A stretch of 64,000 bases of DNA from positions 288,001 to 352,000 of the forward strand of contig CAWGYA010000002.1 of the NCBI GenBank assembly GCA_963826715.1, read 5' to 3'. Numbering within the stretch: the first letter of the stretch is position 1; every line of letters starts with the position of its first letter. The notes under the pieces were generated by a model. The model made no database searches. It had not been told where the DNA came from and saw only the letters and a program-made list of their open reading frames with translations. The DNA is from Candidatus Bathyarchaeota archaeon (GTDB lineage: Archaea; Thermoproteota; Bathyarchaeia; Bathyarchaeales; Bathycorpusculaceae). The position numbers and the translations under genes were made by a program. Positions 52,605-62,660 of this stretch are shown here, in pieces.

Positions 52605-53504
52605 GTGGAAAAAGGAAACTTTCACGTAAGATCAATAAGTATTCTGAAAGCGATCGTTTTATCGAAAACACACCTCTCAATAATCAAAGCTCTAAAATTC
52701 ATGGTGTCAAGTTCTCTTCTCTTGGCTTTGAATGGAGTTATGGTGGTAATCTTTGGTTTTCTTTTAGAGGGCTCCACATTTTTGCCGCCCGTACTCTTCT
52801 CTGCATTTTTGGTTACTTTTGCAGTCTACGGATTAAACAAGTTCACCGACAAGAAGGAGGATTCGATTAATCGACCTGAAACTTTGCCAAAAGCTCCGGG
52901 GTACTATTTGTTTTTCTCAATCGTTTCAATGATAATTGGTTTTTTGATAGGATTATCGGAAGGTATTTGGTATTTTTTTGTTCTTTTAACACCTGTAATG
53001 ATTGGCATAATTTACAGTGTAAGGATTTCAAAATCGATCCCAAGACTAAAGGAAATTGTAGGTGTGAAGAGTCTTGTCGTTGCTTTAAGTTGGGCATTGA
53101 CAGGTTGTCTTCTGCCAGACCCCTTTTGCACAATGAAATTTCAGGTGATTATTGTTGTTTTTGTTTTTATTTTTATTCGAGTATTTGTAGGAGCGACTTT
53201 ATTCGATGTCTTGGATAAAGAGGGTGATTTAGCTTCAGGAGTCCAAACAATACCCTTGAAGCTGGGAAGAAAAAAAACTAAAGCACTTTTAATAATTCTA
53301 AACACCATAGGTATACTCTTACCGGTCTATTGTTTAGCAGTTGGGCTTCTTCATTTAGTACCTGCTCTGATATTCGGAGTTCTGTACGGATATTTTACGA
53401 TTTGGCTTCTATTTAGAAACAAATGTAACAGATTTACCGCAGGATTAATGCTAGATGGCGAATGGTTGCCCATCATCATTTTAGTTTGGTTACTTATCAG
53501 ATAA
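52605..53504 (+). CDS. UbiA family prenyltransferase
   Basis: NKFTDKKEDSINRP and FDVLDKEGD...GVQTIP Asp-rich motifs; multiple TM helices. Confidence 0.88.
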   Translation: MEKGNFHVRSISILKAIVLSKTHLSIIKALKFMVSSSLLLALNGVMVVIFGFLLEGSTFLPPVLFSAFLVTFAVYGLNKFTDKKEDSINRPETLPKAPGYYLFFSIVSMIIGFLIGLSEGIWYFFVLLTPVMIGIIYSVRISKSIPRLKEIVGVKSLVVALSWALTGCLLPDPFCTMKFQVIIVVFVFIFIRVFVGATLFDVLDKEGDLASGVQTIPLKLGRKKTKALLIILNTIGILLPVYCLAVGLLHLVPALIFGVLYGYFTIWLLFRNKCNRFTAGLMLDGEWLPIIILVWLLIR

Positions 53505-53663
53505 CAATTTGATCTAGTATTCTTATGAAGACCTTTCTTTTGCGTTAAAAAGCAAGTAATATTTTGGATGAAACATCTATCTTTCAGTCAGGAATATTCT
53601 TATGTGGGAAATAATTTCCTTTGTTATTCTTTATTCATACTTAGCTTAAAAAAGGTTTTAGAT

Positions 53664-53906
53664 TTGAGTACGATATCAGAAAATGGCCTGAAAAATAAAA
53701 AAGCGCCTTTCGTTAGGTGTGAGTGTGGTTTTGAAATTTTGTTGCTTCCTGATTTGAAGATGATAGTCAAGGCGATTGAAACTCATGGCGTTCAACATGG
53801 AGTAAGAGAAAAAGACGCTGCAAAAGCGGCTTCTGAACAACAACGGATCGAAAATGACCTATCTGCCAATACCCTGAAAGCAACTGCGAGCTTTACTGAA
53901 AAATGA
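53664..53906 (+). CDS. Small hypothetical protein (CxC...HxxxH)
   Basis: VRCECGFEILLLPDL...IETHGVQH; TTG start inferred. Confidence 0.6.
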   Translation: MSTISENGLKNKKAPFVRCECGFEILLLPDLKMIVKAIETHGVQHGVREKDAAKAASEQQRIENDLSANTLKATASFTEK

Positions 53907-53984
53907 ACTGTATTTGAAAATCATTTTACATTTTCCCTTAAAGGAAATGTAATTGTTGTTAAGAAAAACCATCTTTCAGCTGGC

Positions 53985-54205
53985 GTAACTTGCATAGAAA
54001 CCGTCAAGAGTTCTTGGCTTCGGTTGCTTTTAATTTCTGTGTTTATTTTTGAATTATCTTTTCCTTTACTTGCATGTCCGCAGCGTGTAATTCGCCAACT
54101 CTTCATGTGCCTCTAATAATTTGAGGGTTACTTGTTAGTTATAGAAGGGCATTTTCGTTTGCGAACTATATAGGTCGGCGATGAAGTTTTCATAAACGTT
54201 TTTAC
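53985..54205 (-). pseudogene. Second remnant of the same GNAT-like gene (C-terminal part)
   Basis: FIADLYSSQTKMPFY / SNPQIIRG / MKSWRITRCGH matches FVVEMYTTQPKLPFYILSSN / WEITRFG at ~50.6 kb. Confidence 0.55.
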
Positions 54206-54348
54206 GAGTTGCCTTTGATGTAAAGATGTTATTGGGCTCTATTGAGAGTATAGCGTCTCAACTCTTCAACTTTGCCCAAGCTTTACTGTGCCTTCCCTGA
54301 GTTTAACTCCAACACCTGGAGAATAGACAACAAAACGAGTTAACTCTC

Positions 54349-54517
54349 AAGACAACACAAAACAAGACAACACATAATTTGTATTGATTCTTAGAAAAAT
54401 AATTATTGGTTTTAGAGGGGTTTGCTGGGGTTCTGGCGTTTTCTTTAGGAGAAAAGAACTCAAATGCAAACACGATGAACTATGACGTTTCACCGTTAAC
54501 CAGAGCCCTCTCAGCCC
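54349..54517 (+). repeat. ~170-bp structured repeat, copy 1
   Basis: Aligns along its length with 58364-58535. Confidence 0.9.
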
Positions 54518-54587
54518 AATTAATAATTCCTTCAATTACTTGTTATTGGTAAACTTAAAAAAGGGGGGATAATTTTTTTGTATTCGC

Positions 54588-57203
54588 CTACTTTTTCCGA
54601 AGAATCAGAACGCCAATTATCGCGATTGCTATTACGATGACAACTACGCCCGCAATTAAAGCAGTCATCAGAGTGTTGGTTGTGGAATCAAAGGTTTGTG
54701 GAGTTTGAGTTGGAGGTTGTGTTGCCGCATAGCTTACCGTTGCGTAAGTTGTTGCCCAAGAACTACCGTATGATTCATCACCGGCAAATGTCGCAGTAAT
54801 CTTGTATTGCCCTGCAATGTCGGGTGTCCATGTGTAGCCAAAGTTTCCCTTCTCATCACTGGTAACTGTTGCGATATGGAAAAAGTTGTTGTTGGGGTCT
54901 ATGACATCTATAGAAACTGGAACGCCTGTTACTGTTACGTTGTGGTAAAAGCCATCGATTGGTCGCTGCATGTGCAGGTACTCCATATAGGCAGACATTG
55001 AGTCTTTCGATACGCACGCGGCACCTATTTGAGCTGGAGATTGATCTAAAACAGTGCCTGAAATTACTGCGCTTTCTCCTACAATGATACCTGTTTGAGG
55101 AGATGCTACGGTTGTTTGACTTTCTCCTTTACCGAATACGTACATGTAGCCATCGTATTTGTTGTCGTAGGTTAAGTATCCATCCGCGACTGCGCCTGCT
55201 GAGCCTCCGCCTGAGATGTCCCAGAGGTATTCGCCGGTTGTTGCGTTAAGTGCCCATAGTCTCCAGCCTCTTGCGAGGGGTTCTGTGGGTGAGTGTTCTC
55301 CGTTCGCATAGTAGAGTACGCCATCTGCGATTTGGGGTGAGTTGCTAAACAGTGTTGAGGAGGGATATGTTGCTGATTCGAAGGGCGCCGTGGGTGTAGA
55401 GAAATTCCAGACTATGTCTCCTGTGTTCCAATCAAGTGCGTAGAAGCCTGCGTATGAAAAGTCATAGATTAAGCCGCCGTATGAAGCTATAGTGTAGGCT
55501 CCGAAGTCTCCCCAGGGATATTCTTCGCCGCCGGGAGTTCCGGGTTTGTTGCTTTGCCATAGTTGCTGTCCTGTTTGTAGATTCCAGCAGTCCCACCATC
55601 CGCCTAAAACGCGTACTGTGACTTTTCCATGGTCAGCGCAGAGTCCTGTGGGGAAGAAGATGTCATCGGTTGTTACGTTCCAAAGGAGTTGGCCAGTTAT
55701 TATGCTTGCTGCCATAAGGTTTTGGCCAAGTGCATGTCCTGCGCCTGCAGGTATTATTGAAGCTGAACTTACAGCAATGTTTGATTCGTAGTCAACTGAG
55801 CCTAAACTGCTGAATGGATATGAAACATTGCTTATAATTCTGGTGCTAAAGTCTGTGCTGGTGCCTGTGGTTGTCCAGTTTATGAGTTGGTACTTACCAC
55901 CACCCATGTTTTGTGTACTTAGAACATAAGGGTCGTTGTATGTTGTTGCTGATGTAACTGGCAGCGAAATGTTGGCTTTTACTGCACCACTCCAAGGATC
56001 GTATTTTATCATCCTTGATGATCCAATATATACCAGCGAAAATGTGCCAGTACCCATGCCTGTCTGGTCGGCACCTGGAACTGAGGTACCGACTTCGTTA
56101 AAGGTTATGAATGTTGGCGGTTGTGTTATGCCTGTTTGTTCCCAATAGATTTCTCCAGTTCTAATGTCGTAACATTGCCATACGCTTGTGGTCTGAATAA
56201 CTGTGTTACCGCTTACAGTAGTAGTCATTGGTTTGCTGATTGTTTGGTATCCTCTGCCTTGGAATATAATGTTTGGTGTGCCTGCATATGTACTTTCACC
56301 GGGTCCTACTGAGCGGTAGCCGAATTGTCCTCCTGCTATACCTGCGAGTGCACCCTGCCTCAACCATGCTATGTGGGAGGTTTTTGGTCCTTGGACGTAT
56401 GGGGTGAATTTGTAGTTGCTTGAATATGCGTTAGTGTCTGCTGGCCAATCAGTTCCGCCCCCTACACCAGTAAAGGGGTAGTGTCCGCCAATAGTCCACC
56501 ATTCGCGGTTTTCTATGGGTATGGGGCGTGTCCAGAAGTCACTTGGAAGAGGTGCTGCTGGCCATGAATAGACTAAGTCTTCCTGTACTGTCAGCGATAC
56601 TTCTTTGCTGGTTGAGCCTTGATACCATGCTGATTCTAGATTTGCTGGTCCACCAAATCCCATGCCACCTGTGTTTGTTCCTGGCGGAAGATCTGCTGTA
56701 GTTGCATAGTATACACCATTATAATACCATCCTGCTGCGAAGTAGTTGCCTGGGAAGTTGAATTTGAATTTGTATGTACCCACTTGATCTACACTGTATT
56801 GTATCCATGCTGTTGAATCGCCTTGATATGAGTTTAAGGGTCCGATAGTTTCAGTTGCGTTGTTTGGTTTTGTGACTGTTATGGTGTATCCTGAAAAGTA
56901 TCTGTTGTATTGTACCGGGGGTTCAAGCCACAAGTTTATGAGCGCTGATTGTCCCTGGCCTAATGGGTTTGGACTGACACTGATGAAAGCGGTTGTTGCG
57001 ATTGTCACATTTGGAGTAATACCTGACGGAGGTGATATAGGCCAAGATGTTAGTTGCGGTGCGCCGATCTGTTCAACTTCTGCATTTGCAGGAAAAGATA
57101 CGATCATTGAGGGAACTAAAGCCATCAGTAAAAAAGCAATTAATATTGTTTTAACTTTAGATGTTCTCATCGGGATATGCCTTCTTATTATTTGTTTTTT
57201 CAC
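54588..57203 (-). CDS. PQQ-like beta-propeller surface protein
   Basis: Signal peptide, SPNPLG, FWTRPI, repeated xTGxxxW, NGEHSP, YMEYLHMQ; C-terminal TM. Confidence 0.9.
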   Translation of the reverse strand: MKKQIIRRHIPMRTSKVKTILIAFLLMALVPSMIVSFPANAEVEQIGAPQLTSWPISPPSGITPNVTIATTAFISVSPNPLGQGQSALINLWLEPPVQYNRYFSGYTITVTKPNNATETIGPLNSYQGDSTAWIQYSVDQVGTYKFKFNFPGNYFAAGWYYNGVYYATTADLPPGTNTGGMGFGGPANLESAWYQGSTSKEVSLTVQEDLVYSWPAAPLPSDFWTRPIPIENREWWTIGGHYPFTGVGGGTDWPADTNAYSSNYKFTPYVQGPKTSHIAWLRQGALAGIAGGQFGYRSVGPGESTYAGTPNIIFQGRGYQTISKPMTTTVSGNTVIQTTSVWQCYDIRTGEIYWEQTGITQPPTFITFNEVGTSVPGADQTGMGTGTFSLVYIGSSRMIKYDPWSGAVKANISLPVTSATTYNDPYVLSTQNMGGGKYQLINWTTTGTSTDFSTRIISNVSYPFSSLGSVDYESNIAVSSASIIPAGAGHALGQNLMAASIITGQLLWNVTTDDIFFPTGLCADHGKVTVRVLGGWWDCWNLQTGQQLWQSNKPGTPGGEEYPWGDFGAYTIASYGGLIYDFSYAGFYALDWNTGDIVWNFSTPTAPFESATYPSSTLFSNSPQIADGVLYYANGEHSPTEPLARGWRLWALNATTGEYLWDISGGGSAGAVADGYLTYDNKYDGYMYVFGKGESQTTVASPQTGIIVGESAVISGTVLDQSPAQIGAACVSKDSMSAYMEYLHMQRPIDGFYHNVTVTGVPVSIDVIDPNNNFFHIATVTSDEKGNFGYTWTPDIAGQYKITATFAGDESYGSSWATTYATVSYAATQPPTQTPQTFDSTTNTLMTALIAGVVVIVIAIAIIGVLILRKK

Positions 57204-57346
57204 TTTCTTTTCTTGAAAGAAGTATTCTTAAGAATACAATCATTCAAAAACAGAGTTTCTGCATTTTAATTATTTAAAATAGAGCCGTAAGGTGAACTTA
57301 TGACAATAAGTTAATTTTAAATGCATTCCAGAATAATATAACAACT

Positions 57347-58159
57347 ATGCAACAAATCTCTGAAAAAGAGGATGCTCAGATTCTCTCAGAGTTGGGATTA
57401 ACTAATAACCAAATTAAAATTTATTTTGCACTTCTTAAATTAGGCACATCAGCTAAGGCAAGCACGATATGTCAAGTTTCAGGTGTTCCGCGGCAAGATG
57501 TTTATCGAGTGCTACTTGAACTTCAGCAAATAGGTATTGTTGAGAAAATATTAGCAATACCAAGCGAGTTTATTGCTGTTAATCCAAAAAAAGCCGTGCA
57601 GATCCTAATCCAAAATAAAATTCAGCATATTTCTGAGTTAAATGATAAATCAGAAATATTTATTAGAAATGCAACAAAACGCTACACCAATATACCGCCA
57701 TTACAGAATAAAGACAAGTTTACTTTAATTACGGAAAAACAAGCAATAATACAAACAATTAAAGAGACTACTGAAAAAACGAAACATACTTTTTACTGTA
57801 TTGCTCCAAAAAGAGAATTTTTATCCTGCTTAGCTATCTTATCAGAGTCTCTAAGCATGATTAAAAGCAGAGGCGTGATCATAAAATGGGTAACACAAAT
57901 ACCAGACCGAGAAAACACTCAAAAATTTTTTAGTATTTTGCCAGAAAACCGCGATTTTAAGGTAAAATATATCGCTAAAAGACCTACTGTAAAATTTGCC
58001 TTAGCTGACGAGAAAGAAATTGTCCTGGCGGCGTTTGAGGAAGGCAACTTTGCTGAAACGCCGGCTTTAGTTACAAACAGTCCAGCTGTTATATCCTTAG
58101 CAAGAAATTACTTTAATACATGCTGGAAACAAGGAAAAGAATTAAATCATGCTACATAA
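57347..58159 (+). CDS. TrmB family transcriptional regulator
   Basis: LGLT..QIKIYFAL...SGVPRQDVYRVL HTH; C-terminal sensor-like domain. Confidence 0.88.
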   Translation: MQQISEKEDAQILSELGLTNNQIKIYFALLKLGTSAKASTICQVSGVPRQDVYRVLLELQQIGIVEKILAIPSEFIAVNPKKAVQILIQNKIQHISELNDKSEIFIRNATKRYTNIPPLQNKDKFTLITEKQAIIQTIKETTEKTKHTFYCIAPKREFLSCLAILSESLSMIKSRGVIIKWVTQIPDRENTQKFFSILPENRDFKVKYIAKRPTVKFALADEKEIVLAAFEEGNFAETPALVTNSPAVISLARNYFNTCWKQGKELNHAT

Positions 58160-58363
58160 CCAAAAAATTGTACTCTTAGTTCCTTCACTTTTTCAGCCTC
58201 GGAAAAGCCTAATAATTCGAGCTTTTACAATTCTAAGCGCCTAATAGTTGCTTCCATGCTTTGCCGCTCCCCTGAAATTGAAGTCTTCCTTCAATCACAA
58301 TATATCCTCATATCTGATATTGAGACTATAAACAGGCTGCGGATTCTAGAGAGATAGCTATCT

Positions 58364-58535
58364 AAGACAACCCAAAACGAGACAACAAATAACTTGTATG
58401 GATTCTAAGAAAAATAATTATTGGTTTTAGAGGGGTTTGCTGAGGCTCTGGCGTTTTTTTTAGGAGAAAGAACTCAAATGCAAACACGATTACTATGGCA
58501 TTTCATCGTAATGCTAATCAGAGCCTTCTCAGCCC
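58364..58535 (+). repeat. ~170-bp structured repeat, copy 2
   Basis: Aligns along its length with 54349-54517. Confidence 0.9.
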
Positions 58536-58594
58536 CCATTTTTTGCCAATGCATATAACTAAAAAAGGGAAGATAGTTTTGTTGTTTGGTTTGT

Positions 58595-61117
58595 TTATGG
58601 TCGTTTTCGAAGCATCAAAATTATCGCTGCGCCGACTAATACGATCACAACAATAATTGCCGCTATGCCTGGAAGTATGAATGTGTCAGCCATTGATGGT
58701 GCTATTGTTGGTGCTGCTGTGGGTGTTGGTGCTGCTGGATCAACTGCGAAAGAAGTTACAGCATGCGATGGCCAGTATGATTCACTGCCGCCAAAGCTTG
58801 CATATACGGTGTATTGTCCTTCGATGTCTGGTTTCCAGTTGAATGTGAAGAAGCCATCGGAAGTTGTGGTGGTGCCGATTTCTCGATAGTTGCCGTTAGC
58901 ATCAACAACGCTTAGAGTAATGGGGACGCCGATTGTGTCTGTGGGTCTTGCCTGCTGCATATAGAGGTACTCCATCCAGCTGCTCATGCTTTCGTCCGCA
59001 ACTACTGGAACGCCGCTTGGGAATCTCAATGTTAGTTCGCTTTGTTTTGTGCCTGGTGATGTATCGGTTACTGTGCCACGTATTGTAACTGATGAACCTA
59101 AGGTTGCTGAGACGAGGGGTGCTTCGGCTGTGACTGCACTTGTGCCTTTGCCGATGTTGTAGAGGTCTCCATCGTAATTGTTGAATTCAATCAGGTTCCC
59201 ATCTGCGACAACGGTACCTGTTGCCCACGATGATATATTCCAGACTGATGTGCCGTCAGTTGCGTTAATTGCGAAGATTTTTGCTCCACGATAAAGCGGG
59301 TCATTGGGGGTGTGCTCGTTTACTGTTGCAAAGACTACGCCATCAGCGATTGTAACTCCGCCATAGAATGGATAGTGACCATATGCTGTGTCGATGGTGG
59401 TTCCACTATAGAATTCCCACACCGTTTCGCCTGTCTTAATGTCGATTGCGTGGACAACGCCGTCATAGCCTACAGTGAAAATTTTGCCGTATGCAACTTG
59501 TGGGTTTGGTGCGCCTGCGCCTGCAAATGAAGCGCTGTACATACCAAAGGAGTCATTGTATGCTTCTGTTGGACCCCAGATTTTTTCTCCTGTTCGTGCA
59601 TTAAATCCATACCATTGCGTAGCTTCTTGCTTGAACCAAGCAAAGCAGCCCTCAGATACTGGGCTAAAGTTGTATTGTGGTCGAATTGTGTAATCGGTTA
59701 GGTTCATAACCCAAAGGTTCTCGCCTGTTTTTGCATCATAGCCTATAACGGTTCTGACTGGTGGGTTAGCTTCTCTAAAAGCAGCAGCAGTGATTAATAC
59801 ACCGTCGCCAAATGAACTGATTGTCTGACCGGTTATGTTCGGGATTGTTACGTTCCACATTAAGCCGTCAGCCCAATTGTATGTGCGTGTAAGGCTAGAT
59901 GAGAAGGTAAAGCTGTTGGTTGGGTTGGTAGCTTTAGTAGAATTCCAAAGAGTCATCCAATTCGCGTTAGTATTTATTGTGTAGATTAATACGTCACCAG
60001 TTTCTGACATTGCAACTTTAGTAGCAGCTTGGCATCCAGTAACCGTTAGCAACGCATTACCGGTGTAAGCATCATACAATGTAGCGGTACCGCCAAAGCT
60101 GGGGTAATTCCAAAGGTAAGCATCGACCCCGTGAGCATTAATGTTCTCAGTCGCCAGAAGCTGACCAAACCTGATTGTTGTACCATTTTTGAACCAGAGT
60201 TCTTCGCCAGTAGCCAAGTCAACACATGACAAGCCTTGCACCATAGCAGAGGCGGCGAATGTTGGGTGATAATAAAGTCTGCCGTTGAGAACAACTGCGC
60301 TTGTTCCATAGTTAAATTTCGCTTGATAGGATAAGCCTGTGTAGTAGTCTGATTGATTAAAGTTGTCACCTACAACGCCAGCGAAAGACTGTGGAATAGT
60401 CCAGAGAATGTGAGAAGTTTTTGGAGCTGCAGAGTATGGGTTAAAGGTTCCGTCCTCATTGCAACCTGATGCAAACTGCAAGGGTAGACCAAGCCAGTTA
60501 CCACCTAGTACGTGCCATTCATAATTTTGTGCATTGATTGGTCTGGTCCAGTATTCTGTTGGGAGTGGTGCGCCTGGGGTTGAATAAATTGGTTCTTCCT
60601 GCACGGTTATTTTTACTAAGTGACTTACACTGGGTCTATAGTAATCCGTAGTTTGGGGAGCTCCTGCTAATCGTGCACCAGTTAGCCATTCACCGCCATA
60701 GAAGAATTGGAAGGTGTATTCGCCTAATTGGTCAGGTATATAGCTGGTTGCAGTTGAACCGGTCGAATCAGAAGTGAAAGGACCCAAATTTTCAATGTGA
60801 CCATCAGGTCTTGTGACTTGCAATGAAAAGTTGGTGTAGGGGATAGCACGTTCAGTTGTAGTTTGAACAGTTGGCACTGGCGGAGGTTTATCTAGCCACA
60901 TAACTACAACAAGTTTCTGATCAACACCGACGGGATTAGGTCCAACAGAGAGTAATGAATAGGTTTCAATAGATATACTATCAGCTGCGATGACGGTCTG
61001 AGGTAAAGCCAATATTGGAATAGCGATAGATAATGCCAAAATCAATGTGAGAAAGACTGCATAGCAATTTCGAGATTTCTTGGTTGTTTTTATTGTGTTT
61101 AGAGTGTTTTGTGTCAT
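58595..61117 (-). CDS. PQQ-like beta-propeller surface protein (paralog of 54588-57203)
   Basis: PNPVGV, YWTRPI, xTGExxW repeats, NEHTP, WMEYLYMQ; C-terminal TM. Confidence 0.9.
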   Translation of the reverse strand: MTQNTLNTIKTTKKSRNCYAVFLTLILALSIAIPILALPQTVIAADSISIETYSLLSVGPNPVGVDQKLVVVMWLDKPPPVPTVQTTTERAIPYTNFSLQVTRPDGHIENLGPFTSDSTGSTATSYIPDQLGEYTFQFFYGGEWLTGARLAGAPQTTDYYRPSVSHLVKITVQEEPIYSTPGAPLPTEYWTRPINAQNYEWHVLGGNWLGLPLQFASGCNEDGTFNPYSAAPKTSHILWTIPQSFAGVVGDNFNQSDYYTGLSYQAKFNYGTSAVVLNGRLYYHPTFAASAMVQGLSCVDLATGEELWFKNGTTIRFGQLLATENINAHGVDAYLWNYPSFGGTATLYDAYTGNALLTVTGCQAATKVAMSETGDVLIYTINTNANWMTLWNSTKATNPTNSFTFSSSLTRTYNWADGLMWNVTIPNITGQTISSFGDGVLITAAAFREANPPVRTVIGYDAKTGENLWVMNLTDYTIRPQYNFSPVSEGCFAWFKQEATQWYGFNARTGEKIWGPTEAYNDSFGMYSASFAGAGAPNPQVAYGKIFTVGYDGVVHAIDIKTGETVWEFYSGTTIDTAYGHYPFYGGVTIADGVVFATVNEHTPNDPLYRGAKIFAINATDGTSVWNISSWATGTVVADGNLIEFNNYDGDLYNIGKGTSAVTAEAPLVSATLGSSVTIRGTVTDTSPGTKQSELTLRFPSGVPVVADESMSSWMEYLYMQQARPTDTIGVPITLSVVDANGNYREIGTTTTSDGFFTFNWKPDIEGQYTVYASFGGSESYWPSHAVTSFAVDPAAPTPTAAPTIAPSMADTFILPGIAAIIVVIVLVGAAIILMLRKRP

Positions 61118-61529
61118 TTTATTTTTTTCCTTTATTTTGTAATTAGCAGTTACGCTATCAATCGCTAATAAGACTCACGAACAATTTGTATTGACAAAAA
61201 AATTAAAAAAATGAAAGAAAACAAATTAATTATTGCTGTATTTTTACTTCATTCATCATGAAGTTATATTAATTCATGAAGATAGCAGTTCAACATCAAG
61301 TTTATTCTTTCTGGGATGACTTTAACTATCTTCTACAATAATCAAATCGAATTTTCTACACCCCATAAAAAGCAGGTGACGATATATCAAAATAGAAAAC
61401 TAAAATCTTTAACCATTGGCTTTGTTTAGAGAAGTATCAACAAATACGTATATTACAAAAAATTTTCGCTTAGGAACAAACGATAAAGGGAAAAGAAAAT
61501 AAGGCGAGACTGAAAAAGGTGTAGATGAA

Positions 61530-62198
61530 ATGATAGATCCCTTAGTAAGACTTATAATAGAACCTGCCTCAGCAATTATTTGCTTCATATTGGTATGGTA
61601 TATGGCAAAACCATTCCGCCTCACTGGCAAAGCCATTTTCCTCGGCTTACCACTTGGATTTGGCATTTTGGGCATATCACATGTTATCGCTGCATCTGTT
61701 GCATTTTCTACAGATTTGTCTTGGTTAATGCTTTTATTTAGAACATTCTCCTTCGTATTTCTCGCAACAGTCTATCTGTTTTCAAGTAGATCTTCAAAAA
61801 AAATACAACAACTATGGAACATATCCATTAGTGCAACAATCGTTACTCTTATCGCGTTATCGCTGCTATTATTTATCGCTCCACAAAATATCTGGCAAAA
61901 TTTTAGTACTGCTCAAATTTATTGCAGACTCTTTATGTTAATTTTCCTTTGCTACATTATTTTCCACACATTTAGAAGTCATGTTAGAACCCCAGATCCG
62001 ATGACAATTTGGATTCCTTTCGGATTTATCTTTCTTGCCTTAAGCCAGTATTCATTTTTTATGTGGTCTTTTGATTTCACTGACGCTGCTTTCTGGGGAG
62101 GAGTGGTTTTTCGTTTAGTAGGACTAGCCATTTTCCTTGTTGTCTCTTATCGAACTTTTAACAGTCCAAAGGAAATCAAAAATGTCAAAGATCCGTAG
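61530..62198 (+). CDS. 7-TM membrane protein
   Basis: About 7 hydrophobic helices; overlaps the downstream wHTH gene. Confidence 0.8.
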   Translation: MIDPLVRLIIEPASAIICFILVWYMAKPFRLTGKAIFLGLPLGFGILGISHVIAASVAFSTDLSWLMLLFRTFSFVFLATVYLFSSRSSKKIQQLWNISISATIVTLIALSLLLFIAPQNIWQNFSTAQIYCRLFMLIFLCYIIFHTFRSHVRTPDPMTIWIPFGFIFLALSQYSFFMWSFDFTDAAFWGGVVFRLVGLAIFLVVSYRTFNSPKEIKNVKDP

Positions 62199-62457
62199 AG
62201 ATAGATTAAAAATCTATGGCGATCTGCTGGCCGTGCTCAACGAAGAAGCTAAAAACGAAAAAATAGTACTATCGTGGGTTCAAGTAAGAACCAATTTACC
62301 CTTCACTCGTTTAAAGAGCTTCATTCAGGACCTAATCAAACTTGGATTAATTGAAGACGAAGATACACTCAGACTTACCGAAAAAGGCAAACAATACATC
62401 AAAGAATATGGCAAAGTGCTAGAATTCATTAAACGCATGGGAATAACCTACAAATAA
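62182..62457 (+). CDS. Winged-helix DNA-binding protein
   Basis: RRDRLKIYGDLL...NLPFTRL...LTEKGKQY. Confidence 0.82.
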   Translation: MSKIRRDRLKIYGDLLAVLNEEAKNEKIVLSWVQVRTNLPFTRLKSFIQDLIKLGLIEDEDTLRLTEKGKQYIKEYGKVLEFIKRMGITYK

Positions 62458-62591
62458 AAACATCATTTAATGAAGCTACATTTTTCACAGACTTAGAAAA
62501 CATTTTTTTGTTGCAATTATAACTCTACATTTGATATTTAACAATCAACGACTTAAGGTAAATTTGTTTTTTAAAAAAGGAAAGAGATTGC

Positions 62592-62660
62592 TTATTCTTC
62601 GTCTTCGCAGTCGCAATCTTCATCGCAACAGCAGTCATCGTCTTCTTCTTCAAAAATCAT
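62592..62660 (-). CDS. Cys/acidic micropeptide (22 aa, not in ORF track)
   Basis: MIFEEEDDDCCCDEDCDCEDEE; TATA-like upstream, T-rich tract downstream. Confidence 0.55.
   Translation of the reverse strand: MIFEEEDDDCCCDEDCDCEDEE

Noticed and set aside
54176-54235. GGCGATGAAGTT...ATAAAC resembling a fluoride riboswitch
   Set aside because: No P1 pairing, no downstream GATGAC pseudoknot partner and no downstream gene; explained by the GNAT remnant on the other strand
58478-58558. 26-aa hydrophobic ORF as a type I toxin
   Set aside because: The reading frame is not conserved in the other repeat copy, which stops after 4 codons
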